From positions 544,001-608,000 of the forward strand of contig CAVZQN010000003.1 in NCBI GenBank assembly GCA_963777505.1: a stretch of DNA of 64,000 nt. Reading direction: 5' to 3'. Below, in pieces: positions 52,421 to 60,915 of the stretch; the first letter of the stretch is position 1; each line of letters opens with the position of its first letter. The stretch is from an uncultured bacterium (GTDB lineage: Bacteria > Acidobacteriota > HRBIN11 > JAKEFK01). The notes beneath the pieces were generated by a model that saw nothing but the letters and a program-made list of their open reading frames with translations, was not told where the DNA came from and made no database searches. Made by a program: the position numbers and the translations under genes.

Positions 52421-53543
52421 GTTCTTGCACAGTTCTAATAATGTCGATGATTTCTTCTTCCGTACATCCTTCTCGTTCTTTAAGAATCGCCAGAAGTTTC
52501 GGAATTTCTTCGGGTGTGACATCTTTACCGCTCTTTTGCAAAAAGGGCTGAAGTGCGGCAGTGTAATCGACCGGCAAATTGAAATGGTACGTGCGATGCG
52601 TACCAATCTGTTCCGGTGGAAATGGTTCAAAGGCACTCGGATTACCGCCCGCAATACAACGGATGTGCATCACAGGGAGATGAGCAAAGCAGTAATCACC
52701 TACGATTGGTTTAGTAGGCGAATTTTTCAAACCTGTAATTCGTTCGGTAAGCTCTGCTAATTCGCGAAGCCGATGCGTATCAAGGCCTGTTGAGTATTCA
52801 AATAAATTTTCAAGAGCAAGTGCTACTTCTTCAAGCGCAGCATTTCCAGCTCTTCCACCGATTCCATTAACAGCAACATCCACCGCTGTTGCGCCGCCTT
52901 CAATGGAAGCCAGTGAGTTCGCTGTAGCCATGCCGTAATCATTATGACAGTGCACAAGAATGGGCAATTGCGAAGTGTTCAGAATGTCAGAAACAAGAGA
53001 CCGCATCTTGGAAGGAATCATGATTCCGACAGAATCGTAAACGACTAAACGCGTTACGCCGAGATCTTTCAGCGGCTTTACGATTTTAAGCAAGCGTTCA
53101 ATTGGTGCGCGTGTAGAATCAATAAGTCCTACTCCAATTTGCAAGGATGTTTTCCGCGCGTATTCAAGCACAGTTTCCAAACGGTCTTGAATTTCTTCAA
53201 CGCGCATTCCGTACAAAGCTGGATCGGACAACAAATAATCAGACGTTGGACCAAGAACATCGATCCGGTGGATGTCATGTTCCGCTGCAAGGTCGATATG
53301 TTTCTTCCAGCGCTGCGTATAAAAAGGAATCAGAGCAGTCGCACGGATAGCAAAGCCATTCTCTTTTATGAGATCGGCAACTTCTAGGCATGCGGCAACC
53401 CCGTCAGGCAGGCCGATTTCAATTTCTGGAACACCAATATCATTCAGAAGTCTAATAAATTCGCGCTTCTGTTCTAATGTGATATTGGAACCAGGCATTT
53501 GAATGCCTTCACGCAGAGTCGTGTCACGGAGTAGAACTCTCAC
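52401..53543 (-). CDS. Homocitrate synthase/LeuA-family (DRE-TIM) acetyl-CoA condensing enzyme without a regulatory domain
   Basis: RDTTLREG.Q, HCHNDYGMATANS, NGIGGRAGNAALEE; GTG start with RBS. Confidence 0.85.
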   Translation of the reverse strand: MRVLLRDTTLREGIQMPGSNITLEQKREFIRLLNDIGVPEIEIGLPDGVAACLEVADLIKENGFAIRATALIPFYTQRWKKHIDLAAEHDIHRIDVLGPTSDYLLSDPALYGMRVEEIQDRLETVLEYARKTSLQIGVGLIDSTRAPIERLLKIVKPLKDLGVTRLVVYDSVGIMIPSKMRSLVSDILNTSQLPILVHCHNDYGMATANSLASIEGGATAVDVAVNGIGGRAGNAALEEVALALENLFEYSTGLDTHRLRELAELTERITGLKNSPTKPIVGDYCFAHLPVMHIRCIAGGNPSAFEPFPPEQIGTHRTYHFNLPVDYTAALQPFLQKSGKDVTPEEIPKLLAILKEREGCTEEEIIDIIRTVQEHESASI

Positions 53544-53633
53544 AGTCTTCCCCTGAGCCGCTATTATATTCGTTTTTGAGCTAATGAGCCCCACACCAGT
53601 CTAGAGCCGTGGACAACTCAAAGCAGATCCGCC

Positions 53634-55025
53634 TTATTTTTTTTGAATTCCGAGGCGACTCATCATTTTGCGCAGACCAAATGGTGTTATTTTCAAATGA
53701 GCGGCCGCCTTTTTAACGTTTCCCTGATAAAGTTTTAAAGCCTGAAAAATCAATTCGGTCCTGACGCTATTTAACGTTTCGTTAATATCATGGGGAGTCT
53801 CGCCAAACGCTTTTGGTGCTAGTAAGACAGAATCTGATCGCCGTTCTGTTGCCGACATCTTTTCTGGTAATAGATGAACATCCAGAATCTCACCGGGATG
53901 CGCGAGAGCTACCATTGATCGAAGGATGTTAATCAGCTCCCTGGTATTTCCCGGGTAAGGATACTGTTTGAGTGAGTTCATTAATTTATTGCTGATGCCG
54001 GAAAGCCGCTTATTTTCCTTCTTTGATATTTGATACAGCAGAGCAGGGATCAAGACTTCAACATCCTCACTTCTTTCGCGTAACGGTGGTAAATCAATCT
54101 CCACAGTTGCGAGCCGGTGGTATAAATCTTCACGAAGTTTTTGATCGCGGATCAATTCGGATGGTTCCTGATTCGTTGCCGAGATTAACCGAAAATCAAC
54201 TGGGATCGATCGATTCTCACCAACCGGTGTGATGCACTTATCTTGAACTGCTCTGAGTACTTTTGCCTGCAATGGATAGGGAAAGGCGCTTAATTCATCA
54301 AGAAAAAGTGTGCCTTGATCCGCTAACATCATTTTTCCTTTTCTTTGATTTACATTGGTGGCAACTTTTTCACCGATTCCAAAAAGCTCAGTTTCAGCCA
54401 AATCCTGAGGGATCGCTGCACAATTAATTGCAACAAAAGGCTTGTTGGCTCTGTTGCTTGAATGATGAATCATTGTAGCCATCATTTCTTTTCCTGTGCC
54501 GGTTTCACCTACAAGCATAACGTTCGTATCGCTTTTGCAGATTGAGTGAATTTTTTGATAAATCTCCAACATTGATGATGACTTGCATGGAATTAAGCCT
54601 TCAGGGAACACTAAATTCGAAAAAGAATAAATTGGCTCTGCGTCTCTTACCGGAATTACAGTGACTCGATCTGTTGATTGAGATTGATCCGGGATTGTCA
54701 TTTCGATGATTGGCTGAATTGATTGAATCTCATCATCCGATGATTCAACCTTGATTCTTAGGGTTCCTGCTTGTATGAAGTCACCGTGGCGAATTGGAGA
54801 CTCAATGATGGTTTTGCCATTTAGTGCCGTGCCATTTGTGCTTCCTAAATCGCGAACCCACCACGAATCATTTTTCTTGAACAATGAAAAATGCTGCCGG
54901 GAAATTCCCTTAAACGGCAAATAAATCGCATTTTCGGGTAAAGATCCGGCGGTCATTTCGTTGGAAGTGTCCATCAAGGGCAGCGCAATTGGTCTTGAAC
55001 TGCAGTCTACTACCAGAGTAATCAT
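53634..55025 (-). CDS. FHA-domain sigma54-dependent transcriptional activator
   Basis: ISRQH...DLGSTNGT (FHA), GETGTGKE, INCAA, LFLDE, REDLYHRL, PGNTREL, Fis-type HTH. Confidence 0.92.
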   Translation of the reverse strand: MITLVVDCSSRPIALPLMDTSNEMTAGSLPENAIYLPFKGISRQHFSLFKKNDSWWVRDLGSTNGTALNGKTIIESPIRHGDFIQAGTLRIKVESSDDEIQSIQPIIEMTIPDQSQSTDRVTVIPVRDAEPIYSFSNLVFPEGLIPCKSSSMLEIYQKIHSICKSDTNVMLVGETGTGKEMMATMIHHSSNRANKPFVAINCAAIPQDLAETELFGIGEKVATNVNQRKGKMMLADQGTLFLDELSAFPYPLQAKVLRAVQDKCITPVGENRSIPVDFRLISATNQEPSELIRDQKLREDLYHRLATVEIDLPPLRERSEDVEVLIPALLYQISKKENKRLSGISNKLMNSLKQYPYPGNTRELINILRSMVALAHPGEILDVHLLPEKMSATERRSDSVLLAPKAFGETPHDINETLNSVRTELIFQALKLYQGNVKKAAAHLKITPFGLRKMMSRLGIQKK

Positions 55026-55080
55026 TTCGTTCTCCTTCCTACCGTTTCCCAAGTTAATTCCTGTTTCAATTCTTCCCAGA

Positions 55081-55095
55081 GCAACCGTTGTGCCA
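55081..55095 (-). promoter_or_regulatory. Sigma54 -24/-12 promoter
   Basis: Minus strand TGGCAC-AACGG-TTGC, a perfect consensus 56 bp upstream of the activator ATG. Confidence 0.75.
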
Positions 55096-55198
55096 ATTGT
55101 TCTAAAAGAAAGTTATTGACGTGGAAGATGGAGTTGTTGAGTTACGCAAGAGACAAAGATTGCCTGGTCAAGCAACATTTGTCCCAGCGTTGTTATTT

Positions 55199-57499
55199 CT
55201 ATTGAGTGGGCTTTTTCGACTTGAATTCCTGAATTCTTTTTGCGGCCAATTGAGTTTCGGGATTACTTTCCCCGTTTAAAGCCAGCAATTCAGCGTGACC
55301 TTCATTCAGCATTTTCTCTGCTTCTTGAAAACGATTCATACTCATCAAACATTCACCGAGATTGCTTTTGACACTGGCGCGATAGGAAGGATCAAAATCG
55401 GACTTTATTAAAATTGCTAACGATTCACGGAAGAAAGTTTCCGCTTTCACAGGCTCACTTTTTTGTTGTAGAGTTTGCGCAAGATTATTCATAGTGAGTG
55501 CTAAATGAGGATGATTCGCAGGCAAAATTTTTTGCCTGATGGAAAGACTGGTTCGAAAAGTGCTTTCTGCCTCTTCCAAATTTCCCTTTGCAAGTAGAAC
55601 TCTGCCAAGATTATTCAAGCTATTCGCTGTAAGTGGATGTTCCTTGCCAAGGAGTCTTTCGTTCATCGCTAGAGTTTTTCGAATCAAGGATTCCGCTTCA
55701 TCAAGCTGGCCGCCGCGTTGAAGCACAATTGCGAGATTATTCAGGCTTAACGCCACATTGGGATGATCTTCTCCATATCTTTTTTGATCCAGACGTAGTA
55801 CTTCACGGAAGATAGATTCCGCCCCCGCATAATCATTCTTACTAACAAGAATTCCCCCGAGATTATTTAAGCTTGTTGCAACTTCTTCGTGTTCCGGACC
55901 AAATATTCTTTTGCGCATTTCCAAGGCTTCGCGATGCAGCCGCTCAGCTTCATCAATTTGTCCTTTGTCACGAAGCAACACAGCAAGATTATTCAAACTC
56001 TGCGCGACTTGGGCATTATCTTTTTTGAATAAATTTTTCCGTAATGCTAATGATTGACGAAACGCTTTTTCAGAATCGTTCATCATTCCTTTTTCCTGAT
56101 AAAGCGTTCCCAGGTGGTCAAGCGTTGACGCATAATACTGATTATTGGTCGCCTTTAACCGCGTCCAAATTTCAAGTGCTTTCTTGAGTTGCTGCTCAGC
56201 TTCATCATGGCGGCCGAGATCAAGAAAGGTGACACCAATTGTGTTGCGAACTTCGGCTTCAATTTCCGGCTGGTTTTTTAGCTTTTCCTCAATACGTTTG
56301 GATGCAGCCTGTACAGCTTCAACAAGTGTGATATCGCGTCCCTGATCTCCAAAAGGATCAGCCGAAGTTAATGTCGTTTGCAAAAATTCTTTAACTGCAT
56401 TGGCGCGAGCGGCTTCATGTTCGGCAACACGTCTTGCTTCTTCAGCCCGGTTGCGCTGATTCATCACTTCTACAACAAAAATGATTGTAGAGAGAACAAT
56501 CGCTGCCAGGGCTGTTGCGACAACGGCTACGATGACTTTATGCTTCTTTGCTTTACGTCCTAATTTGTAAAGCAAATCAGGCGGACGAGCCAGGATCGGA
56601 TCGCCATCCAAATATCGTTTTATTTCTTCCGCGACAGCACGCGCGGAATCGTAACGCCGATCCGGCTCTCTCTCAAGGCATTTCATAACAATCGTTTCAA
56701 CATCGGGTGGAACTTGTGGCGTAATTTTTCGGAGAGGCATCGGATCTTTGTTCGCTAAATCAAAAACAACTTCAATCGTCTTTCCATCAAAAGGTGGACG
56801 GCCTGCGAAAATTCGGTACATTGTCGCTCCCAGGCTGTACACATCCGATCTTCGATCTAATGATTCCGAATTTCCCCACGCTTGCTCAGGAGACATATAC
56901 GATGGGGTTCCTACGACCAATCCATTCATCGTTGTACCTGGAAGTGCAATTTGCCGGGCTAATCCAAAATCCAAAACATACGGACGCCAACCGGATTCTG
57001 ATCGTTCTACCATAATGTTTCCCGGCTTGAGATCGCGGTGGATAATGCCAAGACGGTGCGCCGCATGAACTGCTTCACTCACTTGTTGAATCATCCGGCA
57101 TCTTTCTTCAACAGTCATTTTTGTCGCAGCCTTCTCCAAACTTTCACCATCGATAAACTGCATCGCAATATACTGTTTGCCGGAAAAAGTTCCTATTTCA
57201 TAGATCTTACAAATGTGATCATGCTCAATTTGTGCTTGTGCACGCGCTTCCTGCAGGAGACGCTTCTCTTCAACAGCATCGTCGCCTAGAAGAAACTTCA
57301 GCGCGACGTGCCGATTCAAGACAGCATCAAAGGCTTTGTAAACGACTGCTGTCCCTCCAGACCCAAGAGTGTCCAGAACTTTGTAGCGGTCCCATTGATC
57401 AAAGGACAGATTGGCGAATTCATATTTGACAGGAGCCCTGTCGACATCAGGGCCTAGAACGACGGTAGTTCGGTCAGAAGGATGACCTTTCTTGTCCAT
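55199..57499 (-). CDS. Membrane Ser/Thr protein kinase with C-terminal TPR repeats
   Basis: LGSGG, VALK, HRDLKPGN, DFGLA, GTPSYMSPEQ, one TM helix, kinesin-light-chain-like TPRs (SLNNLA). Confidence 0.93.
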   Translation of the reverse strand: MDKKGHPSDRTTVVLGPDVDRAPVKYEFANLSFDQWDRYKVLDTLGSGGTAVVYKAFDAVLNRHVALKFLLGDDAVEEKRLLQEARAQAQIEHDHICKIYEIGTFSGKQYIAMQFIDGESLEKAATKMTVEERCRMIQQVSEAVHAAHRLGIIHRDLKPGNIMVERSESGWRPYVLDFGLARQIALPGTTMNGLVVGTPSYMSPEQAWGNSESLDRRSDVYSLGATMYRIFAGRPPFDGKTIEVVFDLANKDPMPLRKITPQVPPDVETIVMKCLEREPDRRYDSARAVAEEIKRYLDGDPILARPPDLLYKLGRKAKKHKVIVAVVATALAAIVLSTIIFVVEVMNQRNRAEEARRVAEHEAARANAVKEFLQTTLTSADPFGDQGRDITLVEAVQAASKRIEEKLKNQPEIEAEVRNTIGVTFLDLGRHDEAEQQLKKALEIWTRLKATNNQYYASTLDHLGTLYQEKGMMNDSEKAFRQSLALRKNLFKKDNAQVAQSLNNLAVLLRDKGQIDEAERLHREALEMRKRIFGPEHEEVATSLNNLGGILVSKNDYAGAESIFREVLRLDQKRYGEDHPNVALSLNNLAIVLQRGGQLDEAESLIRKTLAMNERLLGKEHPLTANSLNNLGRVLLAKGNLEEAESTFRTSLSIRQKILPANHPHLALTMNNLAQTLQQKSEPVKAETFFRESLAILIKSDFDPSYRASVKSNLGECLMSMNRFQEAEKMLNEGHAELLALNGESNPETQLAAKRIQEFKSKKPTQ

Positions 57500-57551
57500 A
57501 TCCCGCTTAGACTGTTTACTTTTTATCACAAAAAAGTGGTAAAAACATTGT

Positions 57552-58937
57552 GTGATCAAACTGGTAACAGGCTCTACCGAAAGACCGATCGCATTTCCAT
57601 TACCTGAAACTTCAAACGAACTTATCGCGGGATCTCTTCCTGAGAATGCTATTTATCTTCCATATAAAGGAATTTCCAGACAGCATTTTTCTCTTAAACG
57701 GAAAAAAGGTGAGTGGTATGTCCGTGATTTGGAGAGTACGAATGGAACGCTTTTAAATGGACAGAAAATCACAGAATCAATCATTCGTCCGAAAGACACG
57801 ATTCAAGCTGGAAACGTAGTGATTCACGTTGAAGCTTCTGAACAAGAGTTCCGGCCTATTGAGACAACTTCATCAGGTCAATCTGCTGAAGACCGAAGGA
57901 AAACAGAAAAGGTAGGAATGGTTCCTTTAGAAGGTTACCAGCCAGTTTACTCTTTTACCCGATTAGTAATACCTGACGGAATGGTAATGTGCAAGTCGTC
58001 TGAAATGGTTGATATCTATAGAAAAATAGATTCGATTTGTGAAAGTGACGCAAACGTACTGCTGGTTGGCGAAACAGGAACGGGAAAAGAAATGCTGGCG
58101 AAAATGCTGCATCTATCAAGCAAAAGAGCTACGGAACCATTTGTGGCTATTAATTGCGCAGCGATTCCAGCAGATCTAGCAGAATCTGAACTTTTCGGAA
58201 TCGGCGAAAAAGTTGCAACCAATGTTAATCAGAGAAAAGGAAAGATGGCGCTGGCTGACAAAGGAACTCTATTTCTGGATGAGTTAAGTTCATTTCCTTA
58301 TGACCTTCAGGCAAAAATCTTGAGAGTGGTTGAAGAGAAATCAGTAACTCCATTAGGTGAAAACCGCCCCCTAAATGTTAACTTCCGGATCATCTCGGCC
58401 ACAAATCTATCTCCGGAAGAACTAATTCGAACGCATCAATTGCGTGAAGATTTATATCACCGGCTGGGAACTGTTGAGATTTACATACCACCTTTGCGAG
58501 AACGGAGGGAAGATTTAGAAGTGATCATCCCCACTCTGCTTCACCAAATTGCCAGTAATGAAAACAAGCGATTTCCAGGAATCAGTTCGCGATTGATGTC
58601 TCTGCTGTTTCATTATTCTTTTCCAGGCAATACCCGGGAACTTATTAATATTCTGAGATCGATGGTCGTTTTGGCTCATCCTGGAGAGTTATTGGACATC
58701 CATTTAATTCCTGAAAAAATTCTTCAATCTAAAGAACCATCAGATGTCGATTCATTCGATAACGCGTTCGGTAACAACCCATTTGATTTAAGAGAGACGC
58801 TTCACAACATCACCAGGAAAATGATTTCACATACACTGACGCTCCATGATGGAAATATTAAGAAGGCTGCAGCTCATTTAAAGCTCACCACTTTTGGTTT
58901 GAGAAAGATGATGAAACGCCTTGAGATCAAAAAGTAA
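57552..58937 (+). CDS. FHA-domain sigma54-dependent transcriptional activator (paralogue)
   Basis: Same architecture as, and high similarity to, 53634-55025. Confidence 0.92.
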   Translation: MIKLVTGSTERPIAFPLPETSNELIAGSLPENAIYLPYKGISRQHFSLKRKKGEWYVRDLESTNGTLLNGQKITESIIRPKDTIQAGNVVIHVEASEQEFRPIETTSSGQSAEDRRKTEKVGMVPLEGYQPVYSFTRLVIPDGMVMCKSSEMVDIYRKIDSICESDANVLLVGETGTGKEMLAKMLHLSSKRATEPFVAINCAAIPADLAESELFGIGEKVATNVNQRKGKMALADKGTLFLDELSSFPYDLQAKILRVVEEKSVTPLGENRPLNVNFRIISATNLSPEELIRTHQLREDLYHRLGTVEIYIPPLRERREDLEVIIPTLLHQIASNENKRFPGISSRLMSLLFHYSFPGNTRELINILRSMVVLAHPGELLDIHLIPEKILQSKEPSDVDSFDNAFGNNPFDLRETLHNITRKMISHTLTLHDGNIKKAAAHLKLTTFGLRKMMKRLEIKK

Positions 58938-58961
58938 CCGCAGAGACACTGAGTCCGTTTA

Positions 58962-58981
58962 CCCCCGGCTTACGCCGGGGG
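58962..58981. repeat. GC-rich REP-like hairpin between convergent genes
   Basis: CCCCCGGC-TTAC-GCCGGGGG. Confidence 0.6.
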
Positions 58982-59068
58982 CTAGCGATTTTCAAAGCAG
59001 GACACGAACAACACGAAAAAAAACTTCGTGTTTCATCGTGATTTTCGTGGTCTCATTTTCAGATCGTT

Positions 59069-60268
59069 TCACGCTGACTTCTTTAAACTGCCATGCGGAT
59101 CAATAACAAATTTCTTGGCTGCTCCTTTGTCAAAATCTTGATACCCTTTCGGAGCATCGTCCAGTGGTACAACCGTAACATTGACAGCTTTAGCGATCTG
59201 AATCTTGTCATAGAGAATAGCTTGCATCAGTTGCCTGTTGTACTTCATTACGGGAGTTTGTCCTGTGATGAAGTAATGCGATTTGGCCCAACCCAAACCG
59301 AGACGTAAACTGAGATTTCCAGTCTGAGCATTTTTATCAACACCACCAGGATCTTCGGTTACATACAGACCAGGTATCCCGACGCCTCCTCCTGCCCGTG
59401 TAATGCTCATGAGAGAATTTAATACTGTTGCAGGCGCTTCTTTGATGGCTTCTGCGCCATGACCACGTGCTTCAAAACCGACACAATCAACAGCACAATC
59501 CACTTCGGGTTGTCCGACGATGGCTTCGATTTGTTCTGGTATGGTCGCGCTTTTGGAAACATCAATTGTTTCGCAGCCGAAGCTTTTCGCCTGAGCGAGA
59601 CGTTCCGAATTTAGATCACCCACAATCACACACGCGGCTCCCAACAGATGGCAGGACGCTGCGCAAGCAAGACCAACTGGACCAGCTCCCGCGATATACA
59701 CGATCGAGCCGGTGCCAACACCTGCACTAACGGCGCCATGATAACCTGTAGGCAGAATGTCTGATAAACAAGTTAAATCACGAATCTTCTCCATCGCCTG
59801 ATCTTTGTTGGGAAATTTCAGCAGATTGAAATCTGCATACGGTACCATCACGTACTCTGCTTGACCTCCAATCCATCCGCCCATATCTACATAGCCATAG
59901 GCGCCGCCTGGACGCGACGGATTTATGCTCAAACAAATTCCGGTGGCCCGCTCCTTACAGTTGCGGCACCGTCCGCAGGCGATATTAAACGGAACCGAGA
60001 CCAGGTCTCCTTTCTTAATGAATTCCACATCGTTCCCTGTCTCAATCACTTCGCCTGTGATCTCGTGTCCTAAAATCAATCCTTTGGGAGCAGTCGTGCG
60101 ACCTCTTACCATATGCTGATCGCTTCCACAAATATTTGTCGCAACAATCTTAAGCAGAACTCCATGTTCTGCCTTCTTACCATTCGGGCTGACTAATTTT
60201 GGATAGTCGATGTTTTGAACCTCGACCTCCCCCGTGCCCATGTATGCAACACCACGATTACTTGGCAT
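59069..60268 (-). CDS. fdhA: Glutathione-independent formaldehyde dehydrogenase
   Basis: TNICGSDQHMVRGRT, GHEITGE, FNIACGRCRNC, GIPGLYVTEDPG, GWAKSH, KKFVIDPH. Confidence 0.93.
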   Translation of the reverse strand: MPSNRGVAYMGTGEVEVQNIDYPKLVSPNGKKAEHGVLLKIVATNICGSDQHMVRGRTTAPKGLILGHEITGEVIETGNDVEFIKKGDLVSVPFNIACGRCRNCKERATGICLSINPSRPGGAYGYVDMGGWIGGQAEYVMVPYADFNLLKFPNKDQAMEKIRDLTCLSDILPTGYHGAVSAGVGTGSIVYIAGAGPVGLACAASCHLLGAACVIVGDLNSERLAQAKSFGCETIDVSKSATIPEQIEAIVGQPEVDCAVDCVGFEARGHGAEAIKEAPATVLNSLMSITRAGGGVGIPGLYVTEDPGGVDKNAQTGNLSLRLGLGWAKSHYFITGQTPVMKYNRQLMQAILYDKIQIAKAVNVTVVPLDDAPKGYQDFDKGAAKKFVIDPHGSLKKSA

Positions 60269-60294
60269 ACTTTCATTCCTCCTGTTCTAAAAAT

Positions 60295-60690
60295 CTAAAA
60301 GGCTGCTGCTCCCGCTTCCGCGACCGCATGGTCTTGTGCACCGGAACCACCACTGACGCCAATCGCGCCAATCACCTTACCTTCTCGTTTGAGCGGAATC
60401 CCGCCTGCGAAGATCATGATTCGGCCATTGTTAGACGCATGAATTCCAAAAAATTGACCACCGGATTGAGAATGTTCCGCCAGATCTTTAGTGGCAATAT
60501 CGAAGGCACGGGAAGTGAATGCTTTCTTCATCGAAATATCAATACTGCCAATCCAGGCTCCATCCATGCGAACGTGAGCAACTAAATTTCCTCCTGCATC
60601 GGCAACAGCTATGTTCATGGGCTGACCGATTTCGGCAGCCTTCTTTTCGGCGGCAGCAATAACTCTCCTTGCATCGTTGAGTGTAACCAT
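60295..60690 (-). CDS. GlcG/HbpS-family heme-binding protein
   Basis: NIAVADAGGNL..RMDGA, KKAFTS, GGIPL...GAIGVSGG...DH..A. Confidence 0.9.
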   Translation of the reverse strand: MVTLNDARRVIAAAEKKAAEIGQPMNIAVADAGGNLVAHVRMDGAWIGSIDISMKKAFTSRAFDIATKDLAEHSQSGGQFFGIHASNNGRIMIFAGGIPLKREGKVIGAIGVSGGSGAQDHAVAEAGAAAF

Positions 60691-60915
60691 GGAACCTCCA
60701 TAGAGATGAAAGTTGGCAGCAAAGCTGACTTTCTTGGTAACGGCCGGCCGACGAACCTCCGAAACTTTCCATCACAGTTCCTGGAGTCAGCCCGGCCTCA
60801 GTTTAGTTGATTCCGTCCGGCTAAATCGATTGATGTATACCAAAATAGTGAACGGGGATAAAAAAGAAGCCTACAAACTGAATATATATCAAAAAGCTGT
60901 TAACAATTCTCTATG

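Noticed and set aside
37510-53543. Phosphonate (phosphinothricin/FR-900098-like) biosynthetic cluster
   Set aside because: The LeuA/aconitase/B12-rSAM set is suggestive, but no PEP mutase (EDK..PK.NS motif) is visible in the window.
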